Positions 27,765 through 39,389 are shown, counted from the stretch's first letter. The stretch: 64,000 nucleotides of DNA from an uncultured bacterium (GCA_903829945.1 CAIKRV010000084.1:6869-70868), one strand, 5' to 3'. The notes: generated by a model not told the origin, from the letters alone. Made by a program: numbers and translations.

Positions 27765-28714
27765 TGCTGTAAAAATTCTAAAGCTCTTATTGCCGCCCAA
27801 TTTTCTTTATTGCTCAATGGGAATCCTACATGCCCTCCTTGCTTAGGACATTCTAAATATAAATTTGGATTCACGAGTGCTTCTTCTTTTGGAAAACAAT
27901 TCTCTCCCAGAAAAGGATCATTGAGGGCATTTACAATCAAGGTCGGTATTTTTATAAATGGAAGATAAGGCCTTGAACTTGCCTTGGCATAATAATCATA
28001 TACATCTTTAAATCCATACATGGGTGCAGTATATAATTGATCAAATTCAAAGAAGTTTTTAATGGTTTTAAAATGCGATAAATTGTAAGTGCCGGGATAT
28101 AATTTTTCTTTTTCAGCAAATTTCGTTTTAAAGGATTTTAAAAATCTTTGCATATATATACTTCTTGAAGGTTTGGCTAATTCTTTAGCACCACTTTCAA
28201 GATCTAAGGGTACTGAAAAAACAACTGCATTTTTAATTTTTGCATTGATGTTTTCGCCCTGCTCACCTAAGTATTTCAATGTAATATTCCCCCCGATGCT
28301 GAAGCCTATTAAATTAATTTCTTTGTAGTCATTTAAGGAGTCAATATATTTTAAAACTTCATCTAAATCGTCAGTAAACCCACTATGATAAAATGTACTT
28401 TTTAAGTTCAAGGTTCCGGAACAGGATCTAAAATTCCAGGCCAAAACATCATAACCCGATTTACTCAGCGCTGAGGCCATGCTCAGCATATAGGTAGAGT
28501 GAGCACTGCCTTCCAAGCCATGAGTTAATACCACTAATTTATCATGACCCTTTTTTATTAAATCCAAATCTAAGAAATCATGATCCGAAGTATTTATTCT
28601 TTCTCGGGTATAAATATTTGTAGCAGGCCTATTCAATACGGCAGGAATAATAGTCTGCAAATGACCATTAAATAAATACCAAGGCGCTTGGTAATGTGAA
28701 GGTAAAATTGGCAT
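27761..28714 (-). CDS. Alpha/beta hydrolase, YheT-like
   Basis: HGLEGS motif, GFSIGGN nucleophile elbow, C-terminal His. Confidence 0.8.
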   Translation of the reverse strand: MPILPSHYQAPWYLFNGHLQTIIPAVLNRPATNIYTRERINTSDHDFLDLDLIKKGHDKLVVLTHGLEGSAHSTYMLSMASALSKSGYDVLAWNFRSCSGTLNLKSTFYHSGFTDDLDEVLKYIDSLNDYKEINLIGFSIGGNITLKYLGEQGENINAKIKNAVVFSVPLDLESGAKELAKPSRSIYMQRFLKSFKTKFAEKEKLYPGTYNLSHFKTIKNFFEFDQLYTAPMYGFKDVYDYYAKASSRPYLPFIKIPTLIVNALNDPFLGENCFPKEEALVNPNLYLECPKQGGHVGFPLSNKENWAAIRALEFLQH

Positions 28715-28716
28715 AG

Positions 28717-29940
28717 CTATAAGGTCAGGTATTTAAAATCCAAATGGGAAATTGTATTTAAAAACGCGGGGAATGATTTATTAACATGTGCTACGCCGTC
28801 TATTAAAATATTTTGATTTTTAATCGCCAATAAGAAAAAGCTCATCACTAAACGATGATCGGAATACGTGTGTAAAATTACTTCTTTGGTGCAAAGCATG
28901 GCGCCACCCTCATAATACATTGTATTCTCAGTGCAAATAATAGAAACACCAAGCTTGGCAAGTTCTACTTTTAATGCTTCTGCCCTATTGGTTTCTTTAT
29001 ATTTTAAAGTACTTATACCCTCAATCTTAAAAGGAATTTCTAAGGCCACACAAAGGCAAACCAATGTTGGGATAAGATCCGGTGTATGAATTAAATTGGC
29101 ATAGAACTTTTCAGGATAAATACCCTTTGATTGAATATGTACCTCATTTTTTAAATAAACGCTAGCCACACCAAAGCTTTCCAAATAAGTAGCAATTGCA
29201 GCATCACCTTGAATGCTATTTTCGCCTAAGCCCTTTAAAAGAATATCACTTCCCGGCATTAGCGCTACCATGGCATACATATAGGCAGCAGATGACCAAT
29301 CCGATTCAATGAGGATTGATTTCCCTTGATAGGTAGCAAAGTTAATGTTAATACCATCTTCATGCATATTAAAACTTGCACCAAAATATTGCAGGAGTGC
29401 AGCCGTCATTTTTATATAGCTAGCGGAAACTTTTTCCTTAGGCCAATTTATTTTTAAGCCTTCCGGCAAATTCGGGGCGATAAGCATGAGCGCGGAAATA
29501 TATTGACTGCTGATACCTGCATCTATATAAATCTCTCCACCGTGAATTTGTGAAGGGCTCAAGCTAAGCGGTGGATAATTTTCCTTTTCCAGATAATTAA
29601 TTTTTGCTCCTAATTGATGGAGTGCATCTACCAAAATACCAATGGGTCTTTCATGCATTTGCGGACTACCCTTTAATGTTTTTTTTGCGCCTCGAATGGT
29701 ATAATAGGCCAATAAAAAACGCATAGCTGTTCCGGCATTCCCTAAATATATTTCTTCATCATTATTAGCTAAGGCTTGTTGAAGTAAAACTGTATCCTCT
29801 GCGTCAGATAAATTTTCAACTTGAATATCACTTTGTAAAGCCTTAATAATTAAAACCCTATTGCTTATACTTTTAGAAGCAGGCAATAATACTGATCCAT
29901 TTAAAACATCAGGTAATGCAGTAATTTTTAAAGTAGCCAT
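28717..29940 (-). CDS. aroA: 3-phosphoshikimate 1-carboxyvinyltransferase (EPSP synthase)
   Basis: LPASKSISNRVLIIKAL N-terminal signature. 407 aa. Confidence 0.9.
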   Translation of the reverse strand: MATLKITALPDVLNGSVLLPASKSISNRVLIIKALQSDIQVENLSDAEDTVLLQQALANNDEEIYLGNAGTAMRFLLAYYTIRGAKKTLKGSPQMHERPIGILVDALHQLGAKINYLEKENYPPLSLSPSQIHGGEIYIDAGISSQYISALMLIAPNLPEGLKINWPKEKVSASYIKMTAALLQYFGASFNMHEDGININFATYQGKSILIESDWSSAAYMYAMVALMPGSDILLKGLGENSIQGDAAIATYLESFGVASVYLKNEVHIQSKGIYPEKFYANLIHTPDLIPTLVCLCVALEIPFKIEGISTLKYKETNRAEALKVELAKLGVSIICTENTMYYEGGAMLCTKEVILHTYSDHRLVMSFFLLAIKNQNILIDGVAHVNKSFPAFLNTISHLDFKYLTL

Positions 29941-30962
29941 TAAAGGATATTTTTAATAAAATCCAATGCCAAATTAATTTCTTCAGGTTGGACAATTACA
30001 TCATAAACCGCCGAGCCTATATCTTTCAATAAAACCATCCTAATATTGCCATAGGCATTCTTCTTGTCCTGATACAAGTACTTTATGATCTCCTCCTTAT
30101 TATAATTTGCCAAAGAAACAGGCGAACAAAGCTTGTTAATTTTATTTACAATATTTTGAAAGGAAGCAAAGGGCAAGCCTGATTTTACAGTGGAAAGATA
30201 AGATGCAATTATTATTCCGCTAGCTATGGCATCCCCATGAAGTATTTCATTTCCTTGATCCAAGGCAATACTTTCTAAGGCATGTCCAAAGGTATGACCG
30301 AAATTTAATAATTTGCGTTCGGCCTTTTCCAATGGATCTTTCCAAGTTATTTCTTCTTTAATATAAATGCATTTTTCAATAAGCCTTTTCATTTCCGGAA
30401 TTTTCGGTTTTTCATTTAAGCTATGATAAAAAGCTTCATCTATAATTAATCCATATTTTAAAATTTCTGCAAAAGCTGCATCCAATTCTTCTTGGGGAAG
30501 TGACTCTAAAAATTTTTCATTAATAATAATACTTTTGGCTTTGCAAAAAGCACCTACCTGATTTTTATAATCCTCAAAATTTACTCCTGTTTTACCGCCA
30601 ATGGCAGCATCCACCATACCCAATAATGAAGTAGGTATATTTACAAAATCAATTCCACGTTTGTAGGCAGATGCAGCAAAGCCGCCTAAATCAGTAATCA
30701 TTCCCCCACCTAAGTTGATAAGTAAACAATGTCTGTCTGCGTTTTTATCGGAAAGGAATTTCCAAATAATTTGACAAGAAGATAAGGATTTATTTTTTTC
30801 ACCACTATCAATGACCAAATGATCCAATAACTGAATTTTCCCGGGTAATTTAGGAAAACATTTTTGATAGGTATTGGAATCGCATAAAATATAAGCAGCT
30901 GAATAAGCCTCGCAAATGGGCAGAAGCTCTAATAAATCATTGCTGTATATTATGGCACTCAC
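29940..30962 (-). CDS. aroB: 3-dehydroquinate synthase
   Basis: LINLGGGMITDLGGFAASAYKRGIDFVNIPT and GGKTG motifs. Confidence 0.9.
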   Translation of the reverse strand: MSAIIYSNDLLELLPICEAYSAAYILCDSNTYQKCFPKLPGKIQLLDHLVIDSGEKNKSLSSCQIIWKFLSDKNADRHCLLINLGGGMITDLGGFAASAYKRGIDFVNIPTSLLGMVDAAIGGKTGVNFEDYKNQVGAFCKAKSIIINEKFLESLPQEELDAAFAEILKYGLIIDEAFYHSLNEKPKIPEMKRLIEKCIYIKEEITWKDPLEKAERKLLNFGHTFGHALESIALDQGNEILHGDAIASGIIIASYLSTVKSGLPFASFQNIVNKINKLCSPVSLANYNKEEIIKYLYQDKKNAYGNIRMVLLKDIGSAVYDVIVQPEEINLALDFIKNIL

Positions 30963-30993
30963 AAATATTTTTTCATGCCGCCCTGAGCGGTAA

Positions 30994-31680
30994 TTAAATC
31001 AAACTTTCTACCTGAGTTAAAACCCAATTGACTTGCTCTTCCTGAGTAAGGTGGGAATTATCTAAAACAATGGCATCATCAGCTTTTCGTAATGGACTTT
31101 CTTCTCTATTCGAATCCATATAATCTCTCTTCTGCAAATTACTTAAAACTTCTTCCAAGGATAAAACGATTCCATTGCCTTGTAATTCCGCAAATCTTCT
31201 TTGCGCACGAATTTGTTCATCCGCCGTTAAAAATAATTTAAGCTCCGCTTGTGGAAAAACAACCGTACCGATGTCTCTACCATCCATTACGATGCCTTTT
31301 TCGAGCCCTAGTGCTTGTTGTTGCTTGACCAAAAATACTCGAACATTTTTAATGGCACTTACCGCACTTACTTGGTCAGCAACGGCGGGAGAGCGTATTT
31401 CTGATTCTACATTCTCATCATTTAAAATAGTTATTTGCTTCCCGGTGATTTTATCGTAATCAAAATCAATTTTTATTTCCGATGCCAATGCCTTATCTAT
31501 AGCCTCCAGGTCGGATAACGCGATGCCTTTTCTTAATAAATATAAAGTAACGGCTCTATACATCGCTCCGGTATCAATATATCGGTAATTAAGTTTCTTA
31601 GCCAAGTCTTTTGCCAAAGTACTCTTCCCGCAGGATGAAAAACCATCAATAGTAATGATTATTTTTTTTGTCATCAGCAT
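30994..31680 (-). CDS. cmk: (d)CMP kinase
   Basis: P-loop IITIDGFSSCGKST. Size matches. Confidence 0.85.
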   Translation of the reverse strand: MLMTKKIIITIDGFSSCGKSTLAKDLAKKLNYRYIDTGAMYRAVTLYLLRKGIALSDLEAIDKALASEIKIDFDYDKITGKQITILNDENVESEIRSPAVADQVSAVSAIKNVRVFLVKQQQALGLEKGIVMDGRDIGTVVFPQAELKLFLTADEQIRAQRRFAELQGNGIVLSLEEVLSNLQKRDYMDSNREESPLRKADDAIVLDNSHLTQEEQVNWVLTQVESLI

Positions 31681-31684
31681 AAGT

Positions 31685-33226
31685 TTAAAGCGGAATATTG
31701 CCGTGTTTTTTTCTCGGCATATTATCTACTTTATTTTCTAACATTTTAAAACCGGCAATTACTTTAGTTCTGGTTTCGGACGGTAGGATTACTTCATCTA
31801 TAAATCCACGCTCGGCAGCTTTATAAGGATTAGCAAACATTTCCGTGTATTCATCCACCTTTTCTTGAAGTTTTGCTTCTTTATTATCCGCCGATAAAAT
31901 TTCTTTTCTGAAAATAATTTCTGCGGCACCCTTAGCACCCATCACTGCAATTTCAGCACTTGGCCAAGCAAAATTCAAATCACATCCAATATGTTTGGAG
32001 TTCATTACATCATACGCACCGCCGTAAGCTTTTCTGGTAATCACCGTAATTCTTGGAACGGTTGCTTCAGAAAATGCATATAATAATTTAGCTCCGTTTT
32101 TAATGATGCCGTTCCATTCCTGGTCAGTTCCCGGAAGAAAACCCGGCACATCTTCAAATACCAATAATGGAATATTAAAAGCATCGCAAAATCTTACAAA
32201 TCGTGCGCCTTTCATGGAGGAATTATTATCTAATACGCCGGCTAAATAGGCCGGCTGATTGGCAACAACACCAATACTTCTTCCGGCAATTCTGGCAAAT
32301 CCTACGACTATATTTTCCGCATAGTCTTTATGCACTTCTAAGAAACTGCCTTTATCGATGGTGCCTTCAATAACCTCCCGCATATCATAGGGCTGATTGG
32401 GATTTTGCGGGATAATAGCATTTAATTCCGCTCTACTTTCATCCTCGGAAGGATAATAATCCAAATTAGGAGCAGTTTCTTCGCAATTTTGAGGAACGTA
32501 GGATAATAACTTTTTGATATTTTCAATACATTCAATTTCATTGGCACAGCTGAAATGCGTCACCCCGCTTTTGGTTGCATGCGTAGATGCCCCGCCAAGT
32601 TCCTCGGAACTTACTTCCTCATGCGTTACTGTCTTGACCACATTTGGCCCGGTAACAAACATATAAGAAGTATTTTCCACCATCATGATAAAGTCCGTAA
32701 TCGCAGGGGAATAAACTGCACCGCCCGCACAAGGACCTAATATGGCAGAAATTTGAGGAATAACACCGGATGCGCGAACATTCCTGTAAAAGATATCTGC
32801 ATATCCTCCTAGGGAAACTACGCCTTCCTGAATACGTGCGCCGCCGGAATCATTTAATCCGATAAGCGGTGCTCCATTTTTCATGGCCATATCCATGATT
32901 TTTACAATTTTTTCAGCGAAAGTTTCTGATAGGGAACCTCCAAAAACAGTAAAATCCTGGGAAAAAACATATACCAATCTACCATGGATGGTACCGTATC
33001 CGGTAACTACTCCATCTCCCAATACTTTTTGTTTTTCCATGCCAAAATCAGAAGAACGATGCATTACAAATGCACCAATTTCTTGAAAGGAACCTTCATC
33101 TAAAAGAAAATGAATTCGCTCACGCGCCGTTAATTTTCCTTTTTTATGTTGATCCTCCAACCTGGCTGCACCACCGCCTTCTAAGGATTTGGCACGCAGT
33201 TGAATTAATTTTTCTATTTTATCCAT
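31685..33226 (-). CDS. Acyl-CoA carboxylase carboxyltransferase subunit (propionyl-CoA carboxylase beta / methylmalonyl-CoA decarboxylase alpha family)
   Basis: 513 aa with a duplicated crotonase-like carboxyltransferase fold (GGARIQEG ... GGAYDVM). Confidence 0.85.
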   Translation of the reverse strand: MDKIEKLIQLRAKSLEGGGAARLEDQHKKGKLTARERIHFLLDEGSFQEIGAFVMHRSSDFGMEKQKVLGDGVVTGYGTIHGRLVYVFSQDFTVFGGSLSETFAEKIVKIMDMAMKNGAPLIGLNDSGGARIQEGVVSLGGYADIFYRNVRASGVIPQISAILGPCAGGAVYSPAITDFIMMVENTSYMFVTGPNVVKTVTHEEVSSEELGGASTHATKSGVTHFSCANEIECIENIKKLLSYVPQNCEETAPNLDYYPSEDESRAELNAIIPQNPNQPYDMREVIEGTIDKGSFLEVHKDYAENIVVGFARIAGRSIGVVANQPAYLAGVLDNNSSMKGARFVRFCDAFNIPLLVFEDVPGFLPGTDQEWNGIIKNGAKLLYAFSEATVPRITVITRKAYGGAYDVMNSKHIGCDLNFAWPSAEIAVMGAKGAAEIIFRKEILSADNKEAKLQEKVDEYTEMFANPYKAAERGFIDEVILPSETRTKVIAGFKMLENKVDNMPRKKHGNIPL

Positions 33227-33250
33227 GGGTATATTTTTCTTAAAATGTTA

Positions 33251-34000
33251 TTAAGCATTTTCATAAATGCTTGCAATCTCTTCCGTCATTTCTAAATTGT
33301 GATAAATATTTTGAACATCCTCATCTTCTTCCAAAGCATCGATCACTTTTAGTGCTTTTCTGGCTTCTTCCAATTCTAATTTTTTGAGAATTTTTGGAAT
33401 TCTTTGCAAACTGGCACTGTCTATTTCTATTTTTAATTCTCTCAACTTTTTTTGAACAGAACCAAAATTTTCACGCGAGGTACTAAGTGTGACAAGGGTA
33501 TCTTCAATATCAATTTCTTCAGCACCGGCATCAATCAATTCCAATTCCCATTCGTCACGATTTATTTTCGGTTCCGGAAATGTAATAATTCCTTTTTGAT
33601 CAAAAATAAATTCATGCGTTCCGGGAGGAACCAATTGTCCATTGTATTTGCCTAAAATATGTCTGATATTCGCAACGGAGCGATTGGTATTATCAGTGGT
33701 ACATTCAATAACTAAGGCTACTTTATTCCCGGTAAGGCCTTCATAGGTTATTTCAGTGAAATTTTCAGCATCAGCACCACTTGCCTTTTTAATGGAGCGC
33801 TCAATATTTTCTTTCGGCATATTATTGCTTTTAGCAGCTTGTATGGCTGCATAAAGCCTGGCATTACCATCAGTATCCGGCCCTCCAAGCTTTACTGAAA
33901 CTTGAATTTCCTTCAATAGCTTGGTATAAATTGCCGAACGTTTATTATCGTTTGCGCCTTTTTGCCTTTTTATTTTCGACCACCTTGAATGTCCCGACAT
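33251..34000 (-). CDS. YebC/PmpR family DNA-binding transcriptional regulator
   Basis: MSGHSRWSKIKRQKG N-terminus. Confidence 0.85.
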   Translation of the reverse strand: MSGHSRWSKIKRQKGANDNKRSAIYTKLLKEIQVSVKLGGPDTDGNARLYAAIQAAKSNNMPKENIERSIKKASGADAENFTEITYEGLTGNKVALVIECTTDNTNRSVANIRHILGKYNGQLVPPGTHEFIFDQKGIITFPEPKINRDEWELELIDAGAEEIDIEDTLVTLSTSRENFGSVQKKLRELKIEIDSASLQRIPKILKKLELEEARKALKVIDALEEDEDVQNIYHNLEMTEEIASIYENA

Positions 34001-34034
34001 AATTTAAATTAGGGTATCAAATTAAAAAAACAAA

Positions 34035-35423
34035 TTACAAATGGATCACTTCACCATAGGCGGCCGCAGCAGCTTCCATGATGGCTTCACTCATGGTTGG
34101 ATGCGGATGTACTGCCTTGATAATTTCATGGGCAGTGGTTTCCAATTTGCGCGCCAAAACAATTTCAGCAATCATTTCCGTAACGCCGGCACCGACCATG
34201 TGGGCGCCTAAACATTCACCGTATTTTGCATCAAAAATTAGTTTTACGAAGCCATCCTTATTACCGGCGGCACTGGCTTTACCGGAAGCGGAGAATGGAA
34301 ATTTTCCAACCTTGATATCATAACCTGCATCCTTCGCCGCTTTTTCGGTATAGCCAACAGAGGCTACTTCCGGTTGCGCATAAGTACAGGCAGGGATATT
34401 ATTATAATCTAAAGGCTCTACATGTTGGCCCGCAATTTTCTCTACACAAATAATACCTTCGGCAGAAGCCACATGCGCCAAAGCCGGGCCTTTCACAATA
34501 TCACCGATGGCATAAATGCCCTTTACACTGGTATTATAATAATCATCGGTGACCACAATGCCTTTTTCAACCTTTACGCCGGCTTCTTCCAAACCTAAAT
34601 TTTCAAGATTTGGCGTAATGCCTACTGCGGATAAAACGACATCGCATTCTATCACTTCCACACCTTTTTTAGTTTTGACGGAAACTTTACATTTTGGTCC
34701 GCCGGTATCAACACTTTCTACAGAAGATTCCGTCATAATAGTGATGCCTTGCTTTTTGAAAGAACGAGACATTTGCTTGCTCACTTCTTCATCCTCTCTT
34801 GGAAATATTTCAGGCATAAATTCAACGATGGTTACTTTTGTTCCCAAGGAATTATAAAAATAACCGAACTCACTGCCTATGGCTCCACTACCAATCACTA
34901 CCATGCTTTGAGGCAAGGTAGGCAAAGTCATGGCTTCACGATAACCGATAATTTTTTTACCGTCAATTTTAATATTCGGAAGGTCACGAGAACGTGCTCC
35001 GGTGGCCAACATAATATGGGCAGCTTCATATATTTTCTTAGAACCATCAGCGGCTAATACTTCTACTTTTTTATCCTTGGTCAATTTTGCAGTGCCGGTA
35101 ATGACTTCAATTTTATTTTTTTTAAATAAAAAGTCAATCCCTTTACTCATACCGTTAGCAACATCCCTGCTTCTTTTAATTACCGCCGGGAAATCCGCAT
35201 GGGCCCCTGAAGTAGTTATTCCATAATCCGCTGAATGATTAATATATTCAAATACTAGGGCAGATTTCAAAAGTGCTTTGGTAGGAATACATCCCCAGTT
35301 TAAGCAAATCCCTCCAAGAGATTCTCTTTCTATAACTCCCACTTTCATACCAAGTTGCGATGCGCGAATGGCAGCTACATAACCGCCGGGTCCGCTGCCA
35401 ATTACTAAAAGGTCGTATGCCAT
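34035..35423 (-). CDS. lpdA: Dihydrolipoyl dehydrogenase
   Basis: FAD-binding GSGPGGY and the redox-active disulfide GGICLNWGCIPTK. Confidence 0.9.
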   Translation of the reverse strand: MAYDLLVIGSGPGGYVAAIRASQLGMKVGVIERESLGGICLNWGCIPTKALLKSALVFEYINHSADYGITTSGAHADFPAVIKRSRDVANGMSKGIDFLFKKNKIEVITGTAKLTKDKKVEVLAADGSKKIYEAAHIMLATGARSRDLPNIKIDGKKIIGYREAMTLPTLPQSMVVIGSGAIGSEFGYFYNSLGTKVTIVEFMPEIFPREDEEVSKQMSRSFKKQGITIMTESSVESVDTGGPKCKVSVKTKKGVEVIECDVVLSAVGITPNLENLGLEEAGVKVEKGIVVTDDYYNTSVKGIYAIGDIVKGPALAHVASAEGIICVEKIAGQHVEPLDYNNIPACTYAQPEVASVGYTEKAAKDAGYDIKVGKFPFSASGKASAAGNKDGFVKLIFDAKYGECLGAHMVGAGVTEMIAEIVLARKLETTAHEIIKAVHPHPTMSEAIMEAAAAAYGEVIHL

Positions 35424-35616
35424 TTTATTTTTTTAGTTTTATAATTATGGGTGCAAAGATATAAAAAAGACTCGAGTAGAAAATCCCTCCTTACTTAGCA
35501 AAAACGATAGGTATTTCTTATGAAAATAATTTACTAAATGTAACCAAATAACATGGCTTAAATCCTCATAATCAAATAATCACAATTATTATTGCAGGAA
35601 TTTAATTTTAAATCGA

Positions 35617-35624
35617 TAGTTTTG
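35617..35624 (+). promoter_or_regulatory. -7 box TAGTTTTG 8 nt before the ATG of the DMT transporter gene
   Basis: Seen in the sequence. Confidence 0.4.
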
Positions 35625-35632
35625 TACCAGCA

Positions 35633-36532
35633 ATGCAGGAACAAAAAAAAGCCTATCTCCTTCTCCATTTGTCGGTTTTCTTATGGGGCTTTACTGCAAT
35701 TTTGGGCAAATTAATCTCTATTCGTGAAGTTCCTTTGGTATGGTTCAGAATGATGCTTACCTGCGGAATGATGTTATTTCTCCCCATACTTTGGAAGGCT
35801 TTCAAAACATTAAATAAAAAAAATATCGCCCAATTGCTGGGCATCGGATTTTTAGTTTGTTTCCATTGGTTATGCTTTTATGGGAGTATCAAATATGCAA
35901 ATGCATCCATAGCATTGTGTTGTTTGGCAACTACCTCATTGATTACTTCCTTTTTAGAACCGCTTATCAATCGTTCTAAACTCAAAAAACATGAAATATT
36001 TTTAGGCCTGCTCATCATTCCTGCTATTGGCATGGTGGTGTATTATACCAAATTTTATTTTACCGGAATTATTTTAGGTTTAGGGGCTGCATTTTTTGCT
36101 TCCTTTTTCACCATACTTAATCATAAAATGGTTCAAAAAACTAATCCCGTAGGAATGACATTTATAGAGTTATTAGGCGGATTTTTATTTTTGAGTCTGT
36201 TTCTTCCTTTGTTTTTTTATTTACATCCGGAGGCAGCATTTATCCCTTCGCAAGCAGATTGGTATTATTTATTTATTTTGTCAGGCGCTTGCACCATACT
36301 ACCCTTCATTATTTCTCTACAAGCACTGAAACATATTTCTGCCTTTGCATCTGTACTTACGGTTAATTTAGAACCTGTATACGGGATTTTATTAGCCATC
36401 CCGTTTTTTCATGAAAACAGGGAATTGAATCCACAATTTTATATTGGGACCGCAATCATTATAGCCATTGTATTTATCCATCCATTTTTGGATAAAAAAA
36501 GAGAAAAAGAAATAGTTGAAATAAAAAATTAA
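35633..36532 (+). CDS. DMT superfamily (EamA-like) transporter
   Basis: 10 TM segments and a duplicated EamA pattern. Confidence 0.7.
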   Translation: MQEQKKAYLLLHLSVFLWGFTAILGKLISIREVPLVWFRMMLTCGMMLFLPILWKAFKTLNKKNIAQLLGIGFLVCFHWLCFYGSIKYANASIALCCLATTSLITSFLEPLINRSKLKKHEIFLGLLIIPAIGMVVYYTKFYFTGIILGLGAAFFASFFTILNHKMVQKTNPVGMTFIELLGGFLFLSLFLPLFFYLHPEAAFIPSQADWYYLFILSGACTILPFIISLQALKHISAFASVLTVNLEPVYGILLAIPFFHENRELNPQFYIGTAIIIAIVFIHPFLDKKREKEIVEIKN

Positions 36533-37749
36533 ATAGTACCCATGCTATTCCCGGCAATATAAGAAGTAGTCCATGCCGCTTGAAAATTAAAACCTCCGGT
36601 GATGGCATCAATATCCAAAACCTCTCCGGCAAAATACATTCCTTTGCATTTTTTACTTTCCATCGTTTTAAAATCTACATCCTTTAAACTGATTCCGCCG
36701 GCCGTGACAAATTCTTCTTTAAAGGTACTTTTACCGTCAACTTTCAAAGTATTTCTTAGTAATATTTCTATTAAAATATTATTTTGCTTTTTAGAAATAT
36801 CCGCCCATTTTAATTGATCAGTAATACCCGCTTGTTCATACATCCATTTCCATAAGCGCGAAGGAATTTCACGAAAAGGAGATTGAGTTCCGATCAATTT
36901 CTTATTATTTTCAGTTTTAAATTTTTCTAAATATGCACGCAAAGATTCTTCCTTAAATTCCGGTAGCCAATTGATGGAAACATCAAACAAATAATTCAAA
37001 TCATGCAATGTTCTGGCACCCCATGCGGATAAACGCAAAATTACCGGACCGCTTAAACCCCAATGAGTAATCAGCAGAGGTCCTTGTTGAATAAGTTTAG
37101 TGCCTAAAATTTTAACTTCGGCTTTTTCCACAGAAATGCCGGATAAATGTGCTAAGGGATGTTGCTTTAAATTAAAAGTAAAAAGGGATGGAACAGGTGG
37201 AATTATATCATGTCCTAAGGCCTGTAACCATTTAAAATTTTCAATTTGAGGTGCCCCGCCGGTAGCGATCAGAATTTTATCAAAAATAAAACTGTTTCCA
37301 TCCTTGTCCTGCACGTTAAAACCGGGTGCTAAATAGTGTACTTTAATTTGCTGCAAATTGGTATAAATTTTAACTTTTGCCAATTTAGCTGCTTCCGTCA
37401 AAGCCTGAATTATGGTTTCGGATTTATTGGTATCAGGAAACATTCGTCCATCAGCTTCCGTTTTTAAAGTTACTCCTTGAGTAGCAAACCATGCAATGGT
37501 ATCATTTACACTAAAGCGTTCAAATGCAGAACGTAACTCTTTGGCTCCCCGCGGATAATGCTGTACTAAGCGAGCATTATCAAGGCAATGGTGGGTAACA
37601 TTACAGCGTCCACCACCGGAAATAAGTACTTTAGCTAAAAGTTTTGTGCTCTTTTCCAATAAAATAACTTCAGCATTGGGATTGGCTTGAGCTGCTTGGA
37701 TAGCACCAAAAAAGCCGGCAGCGCCTGCACCCAGTATCCCAATTTTCAT
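36529..37749 (-). CDS. NAD(P)/FAD-dependent oxidoreductase, BaiN/HI0933 family
   Basis: IGILGAGAAGFFGAI, GGGRCNVTH and C-terminal GGFNFQ motifs. Confidence 0.8.
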   Translation of the reverse strand: MKIGILGAGAAGFFGAIQAAQANPNAEVILLEKSTKLLAKVLISGGGRCNVTHHCLDNARLVQHYPRGAKELRSAFERFSVNDTIAWFATQGVTLKTEADGRMFPDTNKSETIIQALTEAAKLAKVKIYTNLQQIKVHYLAPGFNVQDKDGNSFIFDKILIATGGAPQIENFKWLQALGHDIIPPVPSLFTFNLKQHPLAHLSGISVEKAEVKILGTKLIQQGPLLITHWGLSGPVILRLSAWGARTLHDLNYLFDVSINWLPEFKEESLRAYLEKFKTENNKKLIGTQSPFREIPSRLWKWMYEQAGITDQLKWADISKKQNNILIEILLRNTLKVDGKSTFKEEFVTAGGISLKDVDFKTMESKKCKGMYFAGEVLDIDAITGGFNFQAAWTTSYIAGNSMGTI

Positions 37750-37822
37750 TTTTTTATTATTATTTTACGGGACAACAAAAGTCTGTATTTTCTCTTACAT
37801 ATGAAACACCTAATTTTGTAGG

Positions 37823-38659
37823 ATGAAAAATTACATTAACACCCTATTTTTTATTGGCCTAGTTATATTAAGTTCCTGTGTTGTAGGTAAGAAAAATTTC
37901 ACTTCTGAATTAACCGCCCGTCAGGATTGTGAGGCCAAAAATAAAATTTTGACAGAAAGGACTGCCAGTTTGGAACATGATACCACTGAATACGGCATTA
38001 AATACAGATCACTGGAAAATGCTAAAAATTATCTGGAACAAGTCAGTTCTTCAGAAAAGGAGCATTTAAGTTCAGAATTAAATGAAAAAGGCAAGCAATT
38101 AAGTGCTAAAGAACAATTGCTATTGGATCGTGAAAAAAAGCTGAAAGAGATGCAGGATTTAATGGCAAAAAAGGATGCCGCCGTCAATGCTCTCAGAACC
38201 AAAGTTGCTGAAGCCATGATGGGTTTTAAATCTGATGATTTAACCGTACAAATGAAAAATGGCAAGGTATATGTTTCCATGCAGGAAAAATTATTATTTA
38301 AATCAGGCAGTGCCAAGGTAGACCCTAAAGGCATAGAAGCTTTACAAAAGCTGGCAGATGTCCTTCAAAAAAACTTAGATATTGATATTATGATTGAAGG
38401 ACATACCGATAATATTCCGCTGAAACGGGAAAAATATAAAGATAATTGGGATTTATCTGCAGCCAGGGCATTATCTATAGTACGAATTTTAACCGAAGGC
38501 AATGGTATAGATCCCAAAAGAATTACTGCCGCCGGAAGAAGTCAATTTATGCCTATCGCCTCAAATGAAACGCCGGAAGGCAGGGCAAAAAATAGAAGGA
38601 CTGAAATAATACTTTCCCCTAAATTGGATGAGTTAATGAAAATCCTCGAAGAAAAATAA
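37823..38659 (+). CDS. OmpA-family lipoprotein (MotB/Pal-like C-terminal peptidoglycan-binding domain) with coiled-coil linker
   Basis: Lipobox LSSC. Coiled-coil region. OmpA-like C-terminus (GHTDNIP, NRRTEI). Confidence 0.75.
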   Translation: MKNYINTLFFIGLVILSSCVVGKKNFTSELTARQDCEAKNKILTERTASLEHDTTEYGIKYRSLENAKNYLEQVSSSEKEHLSSELNEKGKQLSAKEQLLLDREKKLKEMQDLMAKKDAAVNALRTKVAEAMMGFKSDDLTVQMKNGKVYVSMQEKLLFKSGSAKVDPKGIEALQKLADVLQKNLDIDIMIEGHTDNIPLKREKYKDNWDLSAARALSIVRILTEGNGIDPKRITAAGRSQFMPIASNETPEGRAKNRRTEIILSPKLDELMKILEEK

Positions 38660-38666
38660 ATATAAG

Positions 38667-39365
38667 ATGCATTATTATTTCCATGAAGACATTGATCCGC
38701 AGACCAGCCGCTTTGAATTAAATGCGGATGAATCTCATCATGCCGTTAAAGTTTTGCGACAAAATAAGGGAGATATACTTAATCTTCTAAATGGGAAAGG
38801 AGGGATTTTTGAGGCTCAAATAATAGAGGCCCATCCCAAAGGATGCCTCATGGAAATTATCAAAGCAAGCTTTAATGCGGCCTTTGAACCTAAAATACAT
38901 ATTGCATTATCTTTTTTAAAAAACAGGGATCGCATGGAGTGGTTTCTAGAAAAGGCCATTGAAATCGGAGTTTCGGAAATCAGCTTTTTTACGTCCAAAC
39001 ACAGTGAAAAAAAATCAAGTAATGAGGAAAGATTATTGAAAATCGGCATTAGTGCCTTAAAGCAATCCGGGAATACCTGGTTGCCTAAAATAAATGCGCA
39101 TGTCAGTTTTGAAGGTCTTTTAAACGAAGCGATGACTCATAAATATATCGCTTATTGTCCGGTGGAAAGCAGCCAACATTTAACGCATTTTGCCAATCAT
39201 TCTGATGCGCTGGTTCTTATTGGGCCTGAAGGCGATTTTACGGAGGAAGAAGTTGCACAAGCCCATGCAAAAGGATTTATTTCAGTTAGTTTAGGTGAAC
39301 AAAGATTGCGTGCGGAAACTGCTGCATTGGTATCTTTATTAACTTTGAAACTCAAAAATGCATAA
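38667..39365 (+). CDS. rsmE: 16S rRNA (uracil1498-N3)-methyltransferase
   Basis: RsmE-family N-terminus and the SPOUT motif GPEGDFT. Confidence 0.85.
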   Translation: MHYYFHEDIDPQTSRFELNADESHHAVKVLRQNKGDILNLLNGKGGIFEAQIIEAHPKGCLMEIIKASFNAAFEPKIHIALSFLKNRDRMEWFLEKAIEIGVSEISFFTSKHSEKKSSNEERLLKIGISALKQSGNTWLPKINAHVSFEGLLNEAMTHKYIAYCPVESSQHLTHFANHSDALVLIGPEGDFTEEEVAQAHAKGFISVSLGEQRLRAETAALVSLLTLKLKNA

Positions 39366-39389
39366 TTTTTGTTAGAAGAGATTATATAA